NCBI GenBank assembly: GCA_035084275.1
Contig: CM068761.1
Coordinates: 8,432,001 to 8,496,000 of the forward strand
DNA from: Hydrolagus colliei
Taxonomy: Eukaryota
Length of the DNA: 64,000 bases
Reading direction: 5' to 3'
Shown: one piece after another, positions 50,000 to 64,000 of the stretch
Position numbering within the stretch: the first letter of the stretch is position 1
How the letters are laid out: each line of letters begins with the position of its first letter
Translations under genes and position numbers: made by a program
The notes under the pieces: model-generated
The model's database searches: none
Told to the model about the DNA's origin: nothing
What the model saw: the letters and a program-made list of their open reading frames with translations, nothing else

Positions 50000-52565
50000 A
50001 CAACAGCAAAATTATATTGATAGAGCGCCTTGCATGTCAGGAGGATGTCGCAAGGCGCTGAACAATTAGATCATGTCCGATCGGGTAAAGGGCTGGGGGG
50101 TGTGGGGTGTCGTGGCAAGAGCATAGGAAAAGTGGGAGAGTTTGGAGGGGTGGAGAAGGCACGATCGAAGAGGAAGCTGTTGAGACTGGTGTTAAAGGAG
50201 GAAAGGGAGGAAGAGAGGCGAACGGGTTGCAGGATGGAGTTCCAAAGTGTGGGACAGAGTGGCTGAAAGCCCGTCCACCGATGGTAGGTCAGTTTTGGGC
50301 GGGGGACATGGAGCAGGATAGAGTCCGCTAAATGGTGGGGATGGGCAGGCTGATAGGGAAGCAGTAGTTTGGAAAGATAGGTGGGCGCAAGGCCATGAAT
50401 GGCCTTGAAAGTGAGGGCGAGGATCTGGAATTTAACCCTATTGAAGATGAGGAGCCAGTGGAGTTGGGCGAGGGTGTGAGTGATGTGGTCACAGAGCCTA
50501 GTGCAGGAGAGTCCACGAGGTGCAGAGTTCTGAATAATCTGCCGTAGGGGAGCCTAGATGTGATGAAAGCGTGGATGAGTGTTTCAGCAGCATGGGGGAT
50601 GAGGTAGTGGCGGAGGAGGTGGAAGGCTGTATCGGTCATGGCGCGGATTTGGGGGAGGAAGGATAGTTTGCAGTGGAACAAGCTACCCAGATTGCTGACT
50701 GGTTTCAAGAGGTGGAGAGTGCAGCCTTGAATGCCGATGTTGCCAGCACCTGAGGTGCTGAGGCGCAGGCGCCAGTGAATCAGGATGGCCTCTGTTTGTT
50801 GATGTTTAGTTGGAGGAATTTGTCCCTTGTCCGGGACTAAATGTTGGACAGACATGCAGTCAGAATGCTATTAATACGGGAGTTGATGGTGGAAGCGGAA
50901 AGGTAGAGTCGGGTGTCATCCGCACACATGTGGAAATTTACCACATATCAGAGTATGATGTCACCGAGGGTGAAGGAAGCATGTAGATGGTGAGGAGCAG
51001 GGGGCCAAGAACAGAGGATGCCACATGTGACTGTGCAAGGCCTGGAGGAAAAGCCGTTAGGGGAGAAAAACTGAAAGCTGTGTGAGACATATTGCTGGAA
51101 CTAATCAAGAACAAACCCTTGAAAATTGAGGAGGGAAAAGAGGCGGGAGAGGAGAATTGCATGGTCAAAGGCAGTGGATAAATTGAGGAGGACGAGGAGG
51201 CAGAGGGAGGCCTGGCACAGATGGTCAGGTTGTCATTTGTGCCCGTGACCAGAGCAGTTTCCCACCCCGATTGGAGGTGTACGAAAAGTGATTGGGTTGA
51301 GTGGAAAGAGTGGAACTGTGAAGCAACACCTCTTCCGCTGACCTTAGACCGGAAAGGGAGAATGGAGATGGGCAGGTAACTCGAGAGCTGCAACATATTG
51401 AGAGACGTTTTCTTTAGGATCCGGGTGATAGTGGCAGATTTGACGTGAGTAGGAATGTTGCCAGATGAAAGTTGGCAGGTTAATGGTGTCGGCAATTCGT
51501 GGGGCTAGAAGGTGGAGCTGAGTGGTAAGAAGAGGGGTTTGGATGGGGGTGAAGGGAGCAGGTTATGTGCTTGATGGAGTCGATGGTTTTTGTGATGGAG
51601 GATGGGGAGATGGTATGGAATGCGTGGAAGGAGGGATGGTTAGGAGACAGGATTTGGGGGGAGGTGACAATGGGGTGGAAGTTGGAGGGACGGTGAATCG
51701 CAGAGCAGATTTCCTCGATTTTAGACTCAAGGAAATCCAGCATCTCCTCGCAGCGGGAGTTCGAGGAAAGGATATGTGAGGCAACGTGAGGCAGTGGGCG
51801 GGACTACAGGAAAACAATGAGTGGATGGAAGACCTGGTTGGTGTTGGAGAAAAGCATTCAGGGTTTGTACTTCGCCTCCACGATTATTCTGGAGGAGAAA
51901 GACTATTTGGTGGAGGCTACAGTGGAGCGGTATGATGAAGTGAGATCCAGCCAGATGTGCCATTGGTCAGTTAGGCGGGATTTGAGCCAGGTGCGTCAGT
52001 GGCCCGAATCTGGCCCTTGAGGAAATGGAGGTGAGTGGTGAACCAGATTGATGTTCGGAAGTAGGAGGCAGTTTGATAGGTGAGGGGGGCAAGTGCTTTG
52101 AATGTGGTGGAGGGGGTTTTGTGGAGGGGAGTAAGTGCAGAGAATGCGTCAGTGTTGAAGGTGTGCCAGAGGGAGCGGAATGTGGAGGACTCTAAGGTTG
52201 CAGAGAAAGTTTGTGGGGGATCTTCTTCCATGGGCGGTATAAGATGGCGGTAGGCTTGGGGGTGGAGGAGAGTGTTCGGAGATGGCCTTGTTGGTGATCG
52301 TGAAATCAGAGACACTGAAGCTCAGGGTGATCACCAAGTTAAACCGGTGGTCGTGAATGTGTGTGGCGGAGTGGATGTAGAGGGAGGGGTTGAGAGAGGA
52401 GAGGAGGGAGGAGAATTCTGAGGAGGTGGAGCAAGTGAGGGTGAAGTGGAGGTTGATGTCGCCGAGGATGATGAGATGAAACGTGACATCCGATCGGAGG
52501 AGGATCAGCGGTAAGCTAGGAGTGTGGAGAAGTCAGAGGTGAAGGTTTGGGAGAGTCAGTGCTGG
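50000..52565 (-). mobile_element. L2-clade LINE, degraded ORF2 (homolog of 31035-33540)
   Basis: Parallel ORFs 50328-50855 and 50938-51495 match 31361-31882 and 31965-32532. Confidence 0.88.
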
Positions 52566-55474
52566 AGGTGACTAAATATAAAAATAAGATAAAAAGGCCA
52601 TCAAGAAAACACTGACTGGAGATGGTTGATGTGGTCATTGCAAACACACTCTGGGGATCCGCACAAGAGGCAGGTAATCCCGCCTCTTCATCTGAATGAC
52701 TCCGCCCCCTCCCACTCACTGATCACATCCACCATCTCCAGTAAGTATTCCCTTAATAGTATTTAGTATCTTATTTATATATTTACCAAATAACTAATAT
52801 AAAATTTAGTCAGCTAATATCGCTTCAATTAATCCAATTGCTAATTATTTTTTCTAGCTATTTATTAATTCGTCAATGACGTATAATCGAAACAACCTAT
52901 ATTGAGACATATAGCGAGGAGTGCCCGTATATACGTGAGTAAAACAAGGCAGCACATTACACACAGGTGTAGCCCACAAACCGCTGGATTTAAATGACTA
53001 CTTTATTATTTTTTTAAGGGATTGTTAGGTATGTGTTGTAAGTAAACTTGCCCAATGTTTCGCGCTTCCTGGAATTGAGTCCAATTCTCTCACTTTTAAG
53101 GCATGCGCTCTATCCACTGAGTTACTAGACTCCTCAGTTGAAGGGTCCTCAGGCATCCATCAGTATATATATTATAATGATGATAATAGGAGGCGGCGCC
53201 AATTCATGCAGATAGATGGGTAATCTGTAATAAACCAGACATTAGAATAAAAAATAGATAGTAAATGTAGCAGAACACGTGTGGCTTTAATATGTGCTGA
53301 CAACATAAGAAATAAGGAACTAGGGAAGATGAGGAACCATATCGATCTGGAAATGGAATGTGGAAGACATGTTGCAGTATAAATCATACATAAATCCTAT
53401 AGTTGAATGTTTAGAGCACTCGCCATACAAGCAAGTGATCCGGTTTCAATTCCAGATAGGGCGCAATCTTGAGCAAGTTTCCATACACCATATGGCTCAT
53501 CCCTCAAAAGAGGGAATCATAAATTGCTCACTTCAATCTGCGACTGTTTGTGGGACACTGCTGATATGTTTCGCCGATATATATTCACTATTTTTTGATA
53601 GATATCGGTCGTTGTGTAAAGCGCTTTGAGACGTCTAGAAGATGAAAGGATTGGTATTATTACTTAGGATTTGTTTTAGTCGTCCATAAATATTTCCAAA
53701 GGAATAGCAACAATTTCTTGCGTTTTGTTTTGGTTTAATGCATCTGCAATCATCTGGAAATCTTTGCATTGACAGCAATATTCTTAGACAATCAAAATAA
53801 TCCATGTTTGTGATATTCGTAAATGTTTGAGTGGAAATGATACCTGTGCCTTTTGAAGTAAAGACAGAGGATCTCATAATTCAGTATGAATTTAACAGGG
53901 TGACAATTTCGTCAAATTTTAAAATACCACAATAATCGGGTACATTTTGCCACATGTTGGATTTCTACCCAAGCTTCTGATAGATCAGATGTGGGAAGAT
54001 TCAGGCGACGAACACTCAATCTGTGGAGGGCGCTGCCTCACAATAAATAAAAACATTTTAAATAAAAACAATTTTAAATGACTGTCAGTTTGAATTCTGT
54101 AGCTTAAATGAAATCTATTCAGGTTGTTGCTACTTGTAGTGTCTGTTTTTGTAGCCAAACACAGTGTTTGTTTTGCAGCAGCAATATCACTCAACAAATG
54201 AAAAACAAAAATGGTAAATAATCTTATGTACAGTTATTCCTGGCTCCAAGACAAACTTTCTTTCACTTTCCATTAATTAATTCCATGAAAACTCTGATAT
54301 CCACCTGAGCAATCAACAACTTCAATTAGCATCATATTGTAAAAATCTAATCTCACAAACTGAAGTGAAGTGATTGCAGTGTTTGCCCTAGATATGCCGA
54401 TAAAAATCATGACAGGTGTTCAATTTTAATTATGATTCTATCATTAATTCATTATAGGTTATCGTAATTGGTGCCTCCAGAGTGACTATCAATATTACCA
54501 CATTACTGTCTATCACAGTGCCTGACTTCCAATGTACATCACCATGATGGCAGTGAAATCCTCAGTCCTTGCCTTTGAGAATTGATGTTTGTGATGTTGA
54601 GACGGTTCAAGGGCAATGTACTTCAGACTATCACATTTAGTTAATTTTATGGCATGTGCTCCACCATAGTACAAGGCAATAATAACGAAAGACAAATGCA
54701 AGAACACTTTGCAATTATGCATCATGTTGCATATTGGGAGTATGCACCAAAACTCGTCATGCTTGCTTTGATTGGATTGAAATTGGGATGGGTGGAAGCA
54801 TGACCAAGGCACGGTGAAAGAGAAAGGACTTTAGATGAGATTTCAAGGAGGGAAGGCAGGGCAAGTAAAGTGTTTCCTAGTCAGTGTTCCCAAGAAGTAT
54901 GGCCAAAACATGTTGAAGGCCTTTCATGAGGAATGCAAGCATGATATTTCTCGGCAGCGTGAATGAAGAGGCAATGGCAGTGTTGTTCCATGTAATGGAA
55001 GTGTGGGAATGCAGAACTGTGGGTGGCATCCATATTGGGATAAGGAAAGATCAGCCTCGAGGCTTTGTACAAGCTATGGGCGGTGAAAAATGAATGTGTT
55101 AATAGTGTCACTGTCAGTTCGTTGGGTGAGGAATTGCAGGCGGCCTTCACCTTGTCAACTTTAAACTGGAGAAAATTAGCCATTATTCAGGGCTTGATCA
55201 CTGAAGATGGCAGAAAATACATTAAGACATATGGAGGAACAGCTTGAACACGTATTTAGTTGTAAACAACAACAACAAAATACAATTTCTATAGCGCCTT
55301 TCACATTGGCAGGACGTCCCAAGGAACTGACGAGTCAGGTAGGGACCAGAGCGGGGAGCAGGGGTCAGGGTAGGAGGAAGGAGAATAAGAGAAGTGACTG
55401 TATATTTGTGAGCAAAACACAGCAGCAAAAATTGCGCACAGCAGTGTCCCACGAATAATTGTGGGAGTGGGTTA

Positions 55475-55995
55475 AGGGGAGAAAGGTGGAAAAGAGCATA
55501 ATTGGGGAGAGGGAGGGAAAGGTGGGGTGAGGTAACGTCGGGGAGGAAAAGGGTAGGAGAAAGGGGGGTAAGGTGTCGATGGAGGGAAAGGTGGTGGGGG
55601 GGTTACAATCAGGGAGAAATGGGGGGAGTAAGGGGGTTAAGGGGAAATAGGGAGGGAAGGGATAAAAGGTGGAGAGGGAAAGAATGGGGGAAAAGGGAGC
55701 AGTTGGATGGAAGAGGGAGAAGAGAGGGAGGAAAGAGAGGGAAGTAAGGTTGGAAGAGAGGGAGGGGAAAGAAAGTGAAGCGGATAGAGAGGGTAGAGTT
55801 GAAAGAGCGAGAGGAAGGAAAGGGGGAGAAGAGTGGGTGAAAAGAAGGATGAAAGAGAGGCAATTAAAGAGGGAAGTAAAGAGGAGTGGGGTGTAGAACA
55901 TTGAAATGGCAAAGCAGAGAGGTAAAAGGGGAGGAGAGAAAGGTGGAAAGGTAGCGAGGGAAGAAAAGGGGTGAAAGGTTAGAGGTCAAAAGGGA
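55475..55995 (+). repeat. Polypurine tract (duplicate of 3130-3655)
   Basis: Near-identical copy. Confidence 0.9.
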
Positions 55996-56035
55996 GTGAT
56001 TAATTAATGGCAACAAAAATAACAATAACAATAAT

Positions 56036-56185
56036 GAAGTCCGTGAGCTCGCCACTACTTGTCCTCGCCATCTGCCTGGACGATCTACTTAAGGTGGAAC
56101 TGGACGTAGGTGAAGTGGGAGGAGACGGCCAACAGTGATGCGTTGAACAGCTCCTGCTCGGCCTCCAGCCACTGCAGTTTCTAAG
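56036..56185 (-). pseudogene. RUNDC1-like fragment, copy 5
   Basis: Duplicate of 3693-3845. Confidence 0.7.
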
Positions 56186-56229
56186 GGATTTGGCCTAGTG
56201 TGGTGACATGCCCCAAACCAACCGGCTCC

Positions 56230-56552
56230 TCAGCTGGTGTGCTTGGTGATGGCCTTGATGCTCTCGGACACTGCATGGTTGGCCAGCTCACCCAACAGCA
56301 GCAGCCTGACCGCCATCTGGATCTCCCGCGATGAGATGGTCTGCCACTTGCTATACTAGATCAGGTAATAGGCCTTGCAGGCGATCCACTCAAAGATGTC
56401 ATTGAAGAACGAGTTCACACATTCATGGCCGACGATGGGTGGACCTGCTTCAGCACCTTGTACATGTATGAGGTGTAACTGTGTCCTGCGCTTGCGGTAG
56501 TGGCGTCTAACCCTGCTGTTTGTCCGCTGCCAGCGCCTTTTTCAGGGACCAT
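56230..56552 (-). pseudogene. Histone H2B pseudogene, copy 5 (duplicate of copy 1)
   Basis: Near-identical to 3887-4209 at offset 52343. Confidence 0.9.
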
Positions 56553-57192
56553 CGAAGTGGTCAGCGGCTTGGGATGTCTTTCTGATGTGAAAGTTGCTCT
56601 ATAAATGTAATTTTGTTGTTGTTGTTCAGTCCCATATTTCTATGTTCTGTTGATAAATTTGATCAGTTTAATCAAAATAATGCTAACTATGATAATGATA
56701 ACTGGATACCTGGGCTAAATCATTTGCTGACTTTAAACAAAATCCAATTATGACTACATGTCATAATGCACATGAAGAAGCAAACGCTTTGTATCCTGTC
56801 CAGCAATGACACAAGTAAAATTAGCATTGATTTCAATGACCATCATGGCCGAGAAACTGTAAGATATTAAAATGCACAAATTGGCTTCCACATTTACCTA
56901 AATAATATACGCAATATATCCAGTAAAGCATCACTTGAAATGAAAAGTCATCATTAAATGAAAGGTACTTTCTCAAAGGTGTTATTATTTATTTCATTTT
57001 TAATACACTACAAGTGAGAGTTTTTTTTATTGATGGTCACTTTGGATTTCTAAGTATGAGCAAATCACTTGACCTTGACCTGTCAAAAACATGCATTGGA
57101 TCATCGCATGCGAAGACTTCCATAAAAGTGAGTTTTCAAATTTGAAGAATTGAGTGTATCACCTTCTGAAATGCACTGGTGTGTATGTCCTA

Positions 57193-58030
57193 TCCAGCAT
57201 CTCCTCACAGTGGGAGTTAGAGGAAAGAACCTGCGAGGCAAGGCAAGGTGATGGGTGGGGGGACGGGGACGACAATGGGGGGATGGAGGATCTGGTTGGT
57301 GGTGGAGAAAGGAAGCCGGGGGTTGTACTTCACCTCCAGGATTATCATAGAGAAGAAGGACGATTTGGTGGAGGCTAGAGTGGAGCCTAGAATGGAACGG
57401 TAGGGCAAAGTGAGGTACAGCCATATATGCCAGTGGACCGTTAAGCGGGATTTGAAACAGGTGCTTTCAATGGCCCGCACCTGGCCCTTGAGGAAACGGA
57501 GGTTCGTGGTGAACCAGGGTGAGGTTCGGGAGCAGGAGGCATTCAGTAGGTGAGGGGGACAAGCACGTCATGTGGTGGAGAGGGTATTGTGGAGGAGAGT
57601 GAGTGCAGATGATAGGTCAGTGCTGAGGGTGGCTAGAGGGAGAGGAGTTTGGAGGCAAGCAGAGAACATTTATGGGGGGATCCTCTGCCATGGCCGGTAG
57701 AAGATGGTGATTTCTTGGGGTGGAGGGGAGAGTGATTGGAGATGGCCTTGTTGGTGATAGTGAGATCGGAGACACTGAAGCTCAGTGTGATCACCAAGTT
57801 AAACGAATGGCCGTGAACGTGTGTGGCGGAGTGGATGTGGATGGAAAGGTTGAGAGAGGAGAGGAGGGAGGAGAATTCTGAGGAGGTGGAGCAAGCGGCG
57901 GTGAAGTGGAGGTTGATGTCGTCGAGGATGATGAGATGAAACGTTACATCCGATCGGAGGAGGCGCAGAGGTATGCTAGGAGTGTGGAGAAATCAGAGAT
58001 GAAGGATTGGGAGAGTCAGTGCTGGAGGTG
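57193..58030 (-). mobile_element. L2 fragment (duplicate of 4850-5690)
   Basis: Near-identical at offset ~52343. Confidence 0.8.
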
Positions 58031-60554
58031 ATAAAATGTACAAATAAGATAAAAAGGCAATTAAGAGAACACTGACAGGAGATGGTTGATGTGGTCATTG
58101 CAAACAAACTCTTGGGATCCGCACAAGAGGCAGGTAATCCCGCCTCTTCATCTGAATGACTCCGCCCCCTCCCACTCACTGATCACATCCACCATCTCCA
58201 GTAAGTGTTCCCTTAATAGTATTTATTATCTTATGTATATATTTACTAAACAACTGATATAAAATTTTAGCAGCTAATATCACTTCAATTAATCCAATTG
58301 CTAATTATTGTTTCTAACTATTTATTAATTCGTCAATGACAAATAATTGAAACAACGAATATTGAGACATATAGTTAGAAGTGCCCGTATATACGTGAGG
58401 AAAACAAGGCAGTACATTACTCACAGGTGTGCTCCACAAACCGCTGGATTTAAATGACCAATATATTATTGTTTTTTTGAGGGATTGTTAGGTATGTGGT
58501 GTCAGGGAATTTGCTCAATGTTTCACCCTTCCTGGAATTGAGCCCAATTTACTCGCTTTTAAGGCACTTGCTGTATCCACTGAGCTACTGGACTGCTCAC
58601 TTGAAGGGTTTATTATAATGATGATAATAGGAGGCGGCACCATTTCATGCAGATAAATGGATAATATGTCTGTTATCAACCATATATTAGAATAAAAAAC
58701 CAAAAATACATAGTAAATGTAGCAGAACACGTGTGGTGCTCTGTGTGCTCCAGCACTGACTCTCCCAAACCTTCATATGTGCTGACAACATAAGCAATAA
58801 GGAACGAGGGAAGATGAGAAAATATATCGATCCGGAAATGGAATGGGGACGACATGTTGCAGTACAAATCAAACATATATCCTATAGTTCAATGTTTAGA
58901 GCACTCGTCACACAAGCAAGTGACCTGGATTCAATTCTAGGCAGGGCAAAATCTTAAGCAAGTTTTCATACACAATATGCCTAATCCATCAAAAGTGGTA
59001 ATAATAAATTGCTAACTTAAATCTGCGACTGTTTGTGGGCACTGCTGACATGTTTCGCCCACATTCATTCACTTTTTGTTTGAGGGACTTTGTGTAAAGC
59101 GCTTTGAGACGTCTAGAAGATGAAAGGATTGGTATTATAATTTAGGATTTGTTTTATTCATCCATAAATAGTTCTAAAGGAATAGAAATACGTTCTTGTG
59201 TTTTGTTTTGGCTTGATGCGTCTTGTGTTCTGTTTTGGCTTGATGCGTCTTGTGTGCAATCATCTGCAATCATCTGGAAGTATTTGCATTGACAGCAATA
59301 TTCTTAGAGAAACAAAATAATCCATGTTTGTGATATACGTGAATGTTTGAATGGAAATGATACCTGTGCCTATTCAAATAGATACAGAGCTTCTGATGGT
59401 TCAGTATGAATTTAACAGGGTGACAATTTCTTCAAACTTTAAAATACAACATTAATCTGGTACTTTTAGTCACACCTTGGATTTCTACCCAAGCTTCTGA
59501 TACGTCAGATGTGGGCAGATTCAGGCGAGGAACACTCATTCTGTGAATGGCGCTATCTATCTCACAATAAATAAAAACGTTTCCTCACTCTCACTGAGGC
59601 AACAATTTTGAATGAGTGTCCGTTTGAATTTCACAGCTTATATGAAATCTACTCAGGTTATTGCTACTTGTAATGTCTGCGTTTGTAGCCAAACACAGTG
59701 CTTGTTTTGCAGCAGCAATATCACTCAACAAATGAACAACAAAAATTGTAAATAATCTTATGTATAGACAAATGCAAGAACACGTTGCATTTATGCAGCA
59801 TGTTGCCAAAACTCGTCATCCGTGCTGTGATTGGATTGAAATTGGGATGGGTGGAAGCATGACTAAGGCACGGTGAAAGAGAAAGGAATTTAGATGCGAT
59901 TTCAAAGAGGGAAGGCAGTACAAGGCAAAGTGTTTCCCAGACAGTTTTCCCAAGGAATATGGCCAAAACATGATGAAGGCCTTTTGCGATGAATGCAAGA
60001 ATGATTGGCTCTGCAGCGTGAGTGGAGAGACAGTGGCAGTGTTGTTCAGTGTAGTGGAAGTGCGGGAATACAGAACTGTGGGTGGCATCCATATTGGGAT
60101 AAAGAAAGATGAGCATCCAAGAGAATACTGACGCTTTGTGGAAGCACTTGCTGGTGAAAAACGAATCTGTTAATAGTGTCGTTGTCAGTTCTTTGGGTTA
60201 GGAACTGCAGACAGGAGCCAAATAAGGCGGCCTTCACTTTGTCAACTTTAAGCTGGAAAAAAGTAGCCATTATTAAGGGCTTGATCCGTGAAAATGGCAG
60301 GAAACACATTGAGAAATATGGAAGAACAGCTTGAATACAGGTTTATTTGTAAACAACAACAACAACAAAATTACATTTCTATAGCGCCTTTCACATTGGG
60401 CGGACGTCCCATGGCGCTGAACTGTCAGGTGTGTACCTGAGCAGGGGAGCAGGGTTCGGTGTAGCGGGAAGGAGAGCAAGAGAATTGACGGTATATTTGT
60501 GGGTGAAACACGGCAACCAAACTGCGCACAGCAGTGTCCCACAAATAGTCGTGG

Positions 60555-61075
60555 GAGTGGGGTTAGGGGAGAAAGGGGGAAAAGAGCATAAGGAGGATAG
60601 GGAGGGAAAGGTGAGGTGAGGTACATTCGGCAGGAAAAGTGTAGGAGAAAGCGGGTAAGGTGGAGAGGAAGGTAAAGGTGAGGGTTTCAAATCTGGGAGA
60701 AATGGGGTTAAAGGGAAACAGGGAAGGAAGGGAGAAAAGGGGTAGAGGGAAAGAATGGGGGAAAAGGGAGCAGAAGGAAGAATGAGGGAGAAGAGTGGGG
60801 AGGGAAAAGAGGGAAGAAAGGAGGGAAGATAGGGAGGGGAAAGAAAGGGAAGTGGACAGAGAGGGTAGGGGTGAAAGAGCGAGAGGAAAGAAAGGGGGGC
60901 GGGGTGGGGGGGGGGAAAGATGGAGTGAAGAGAGAAGAGGAAAGAGAAGCAATGAAAGAGGGAAGTAAAGAGCGGATTAGAGATAGGCAAATAAGGGAGG
61001 TAAAAAGGGAGGAGAGAAAGGGGGAAAGGGAGCAAGGGAAGAAAATTGGGGAAAGGTTAAGGTGGAAAAGGGGGG
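60555..61075 (+). repeat. Polypurine tract (duplicate of 8175-8700)
   Basis: Near-identical copy, G run interrupted. Confidence 0.9.
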
Positions 61076-61116
61076 TATTAATCAATGCCAACAAAAATAA
61101 CAACAATAACAATAAT

Positions 61117-61265
61117 GAAGACCTTGAGCTCACAACTCCTTGTCCTCATCATCTGACTGGACGATCTGTTTGAGGTGGAACTGGAATTGGGTGCAGTGGG
61201 AGGTGAGGGCCAACAGTGATGAGTTGAACACTCCTGCTCGGACTCCAGCCGCTGCAGTTCCTCGG
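61117..61265 (-). pseudogene. RUNDC1-like fragment, copy 6
   Basis: Duplicate of 8741-8890. Confidence 0.72.
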
Positions 61266-61336
61266 CCATGATGGTCAGGGCCAGGAATTGGGCCTAGTGT
61301 GGTGACAATAGTGTGGCCCCAAAACTGACTGGCTCT

Positions 61337-61661
61337 TCAGCTGGTGTACTTGGTGATGGCCTTGGTGCTCTCAGACACGGCAGGTTTGGCCAGCTCACCC
61401 AGCAGCAGCAGCCTGATCGCCATCTGGATCTCCCACGATGCCACTTGCTATACTGGATCAGGTAATAGGTCTCGAAGGCGATCCACTCAACGATGTCGTT
61501 GGCGAACTAGTTCACCACATTCATGGCCGACGATGAGATGCCCGTGTTCTTGTGGACCTGCTTCAGCACCTTGTACATGTATGAGGTGTAACTCTGTGTC
61601 CTGCGCGTGCGGTGTCTAACTCAGCTGCCCGTCCGCCAGCGTCGCATTTTTCAGGTACCAC
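61337..61661 (-). pseudogene. Histone H2B pseudogene, copy 6 (duplicate of copy 2)
   Basis: Near-identical to 8961-9285 at offset 52376. Confidence 0.9.
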
Positions 61662-63875
61662 CAAACTGGTCAGCGGCTTATGATGTCTTTCCAATGTGAA
61701 AGGTGCTCCATAAATGTAATTTTGTTGTTGTTGTTCAGTCCCATATTTCTATGTTCTGTTAATAAGTTTGATCAGTTTAATTAAAATAATCGTAACTATG
61801 ATAATGATAACTGGATACCTGGGATAAATCATCTGCTCCAATGACTTTAAACAAAATTCAATTATGACTACATGTCACAATGCACACGAAGAAGAAAACA
61901 CTTTGTATCCTATCCAGCGATGACACAATTAAAATGAGCATTGACTTCAATAACCATTATGGCTGAGAAACTGTAAGATATTAATATGCACAAATTGGCA
62001 TCCATATTTACCTAAATAATATACGCCAGTGAAGCATCACTTGAAACGAAAAGTCATCATTAAATGAAAGGTACTTTCTCAACGGTATTATTATTTATTT
62101 CTTTTTTAATACACTACAAGTGTGAGTTTTTTTATTGAAGGCCATTTTGGATTTCTATGTATGAGCAAATCATTTGATCTTGCCCTGTCAAAAATGTGCA
62201 TTGAATGATCGCATGCTTCCATACAAGCGAGTTTTCAAATTTGAAGACTTGAGTAGATCACTTTCTGAAATGCACTGGTGTGTATGTCCTACACTGGTGG
62301 AGGTGCCATCCTTTGGATTACACTTGAAACCAAATACCATTTTCTTGTTAATTTGGAAGTTAAGGATCCCATGTCACAATGCAAATGGGGAACAAAGCGT
62401 TTGGTGTCCTGGCCAACAATTGCCCCAAATAAAACTATCATTCATTTCAAGGCTGTTTGTGAAACATCACCATACACTGATTTGCTGCTTCATTTTTCCA
62501 AACAGCATGCACAGGATATTCCGCGAAGCATCGTGACAGGTCCTCTTGCTATGAAACGTGCTTTGTCAAAAGTGTTATCTATTTATTTCATTTAAAAGTA
62601 CATGTATTATGGAAGTGTTCAGTTTAAAAATGAATGCAGTGTTGGGTTTTCTATGCATGTGGAAGTTACTTTGACGTGTCCTAAATGTGCATGGGATCAG
62701 CGCATGGTCAGAAATGAATACACGTGAGAGGGAACTCTGGGGGAATCTTCACTTGAGGACTGTTCTTTTAGCGGGTTGTGTAACATTAATCTGCTTTTAC
62801 GCTTCCCGTTCCAGTCTATAGCACAATTTCTATGTCAATGACATGTCCAGAAGATGGGACGTATGTCTTTGTATATTGATGCCATTATATCTCTGTTCCC
62901 TGGAAGGAAAAGTAGATTAACAGCCGTTCATGTTTTATCAGAAAAAGCAATGGCTGCAAATTAATTCACTGTGGCACTGATCTGGCTGTGATTCGCACAG
63001 GATGACTCCAGTCTCTGTTAAAGGGAACGTAACCGAAAAAATGTGTGGACAACCTGTGTGTGGATTTTATTTGGTATTTTGTTTTGAATTGATGTCATAA
63101 CAAATATATTGATAACTAAATACATGTTTTCAAACATCTTAAACCCTTCTCTTTTGGTACCACGACTGTCTCCAGGTAAATCCCTTCGATCGAATATGAA
63201 ATAACTATCAAAAAGTCAAAAGAAACCCAAATATGTCTATATGTGTGTGTGAGGGACGGGTAATAGCAAATGACAGTCGCCCCTCACGATTAATGTGTTG
63301 TTGTTCCCCAGGCTGGTTGATCAAGAGAGCCGGCACTGTATTCATTGTATATAACTTTGCATGAAAGAAACGTTCTTTTATCATCGGGAAATGTGAATCG
63401 CGCTATCATTCTGCTGTTAAATATATTACATCTGCAGTGAGGCATGGTGCAGTAAAGGGAATCCTAGCGTGAGGGCAGGGCTGGTAGCTGCCAGAAGGTG
63501 AATTGGAAAAAAGTATTTCAGGAATAGATAAACCGTATTTGTGAGGATCCCTGTCGCCGGCTGTGAAGTGTGACGTGCACGGCAGGGTCTGTATCAGTTG
63601 AGGTGTGGCTTGTCAGTGTGTAAACTGTAACTGAATGAAAATATGAAACTTTCCCAACTACAAATTATCTTTCATCGGAACAAGCTTCACAAGTGAATAA
63701 ATCTCCTTGTACCTGGGCAAGCGAATCTTGCAGGATTCACACACAGCAAAGCGGTGAACTACATGAATATTTAATAGAATAAGACCACGACACTGTCAAT
63801 AATTGAAGTTTGTGCTATTTAAAAAAAGCTCTGTTTCACACTGCAATTGAAAAATAGCATCATTTTCTGATGTCT

Positions 63876-64000
63876 TGTAGGTCAGTTTAGAAGACTTGCC
63901 TTACAATCGAGTGACCTGGGTTTGATTCGTCAGGGCGAAACCTTGGGTAAATTACCTTACCCCACACGCCCGATAATAATCCCTAAAACCCCCCATTAAT
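63876..64000 (+). mobile_element. 5' part of the promoter-proximal SINE of the next cluster (runs off the window)
   Basis: Near-identical to 11461-11585. Confidence 0.7.

Larger units (their letters stand above)
52354..64000 (+). repeat. Segmental duplication, copy 2
   Basis: Matches 1-11585 with scattered substitutions and a few indels. Confidence 0.95.

Noticed and set aside
52354-64000. Duplication as a pure assembly echo
   Set aside because: The copies differ by multi-base indels and many substitutions, so it is not an identical echo; a divergent-haplotype artefact is still possible

Overview
Vertebrate DNA, almost certainly from a cartilaginous fish, containing a tandem array of lambda-type (type II) immunoglobulin light-chain clusters. 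Three complete genes lie on the + strand, each with octamer promoter, leader exon, germline-joined VJ exon (no RSS) and C exon: about 12.0-14.9 kb, 26.0-28.9 kb and 41.0-43.9 kb. A fourth intact C exon (47.7-48.1 kb) has no VJ of its own. The array appears to derive from a ~15 kb monomer: purine tract, RUNDC1-like fragment fused to a histone H2B pseudogene, promoter, L-VJ-C, 3' flank, L2 LINE and SINE block. Five monomers, two of them truncated by deletion, form a ~52.35 kb higher-order repeat, so bases 1-11,585 recur at 52,354-64,000 and the window should end ~430 bp before the next leader exon. The remainder is CR1 and L2 LINE fragments, tRNA-headed Deu-type SINEs and low-complexity tracts. 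Most ORF-track entries are spurious. Family assignments come from recognised motifs, no searches were run, and repeat boundaries are approximate.
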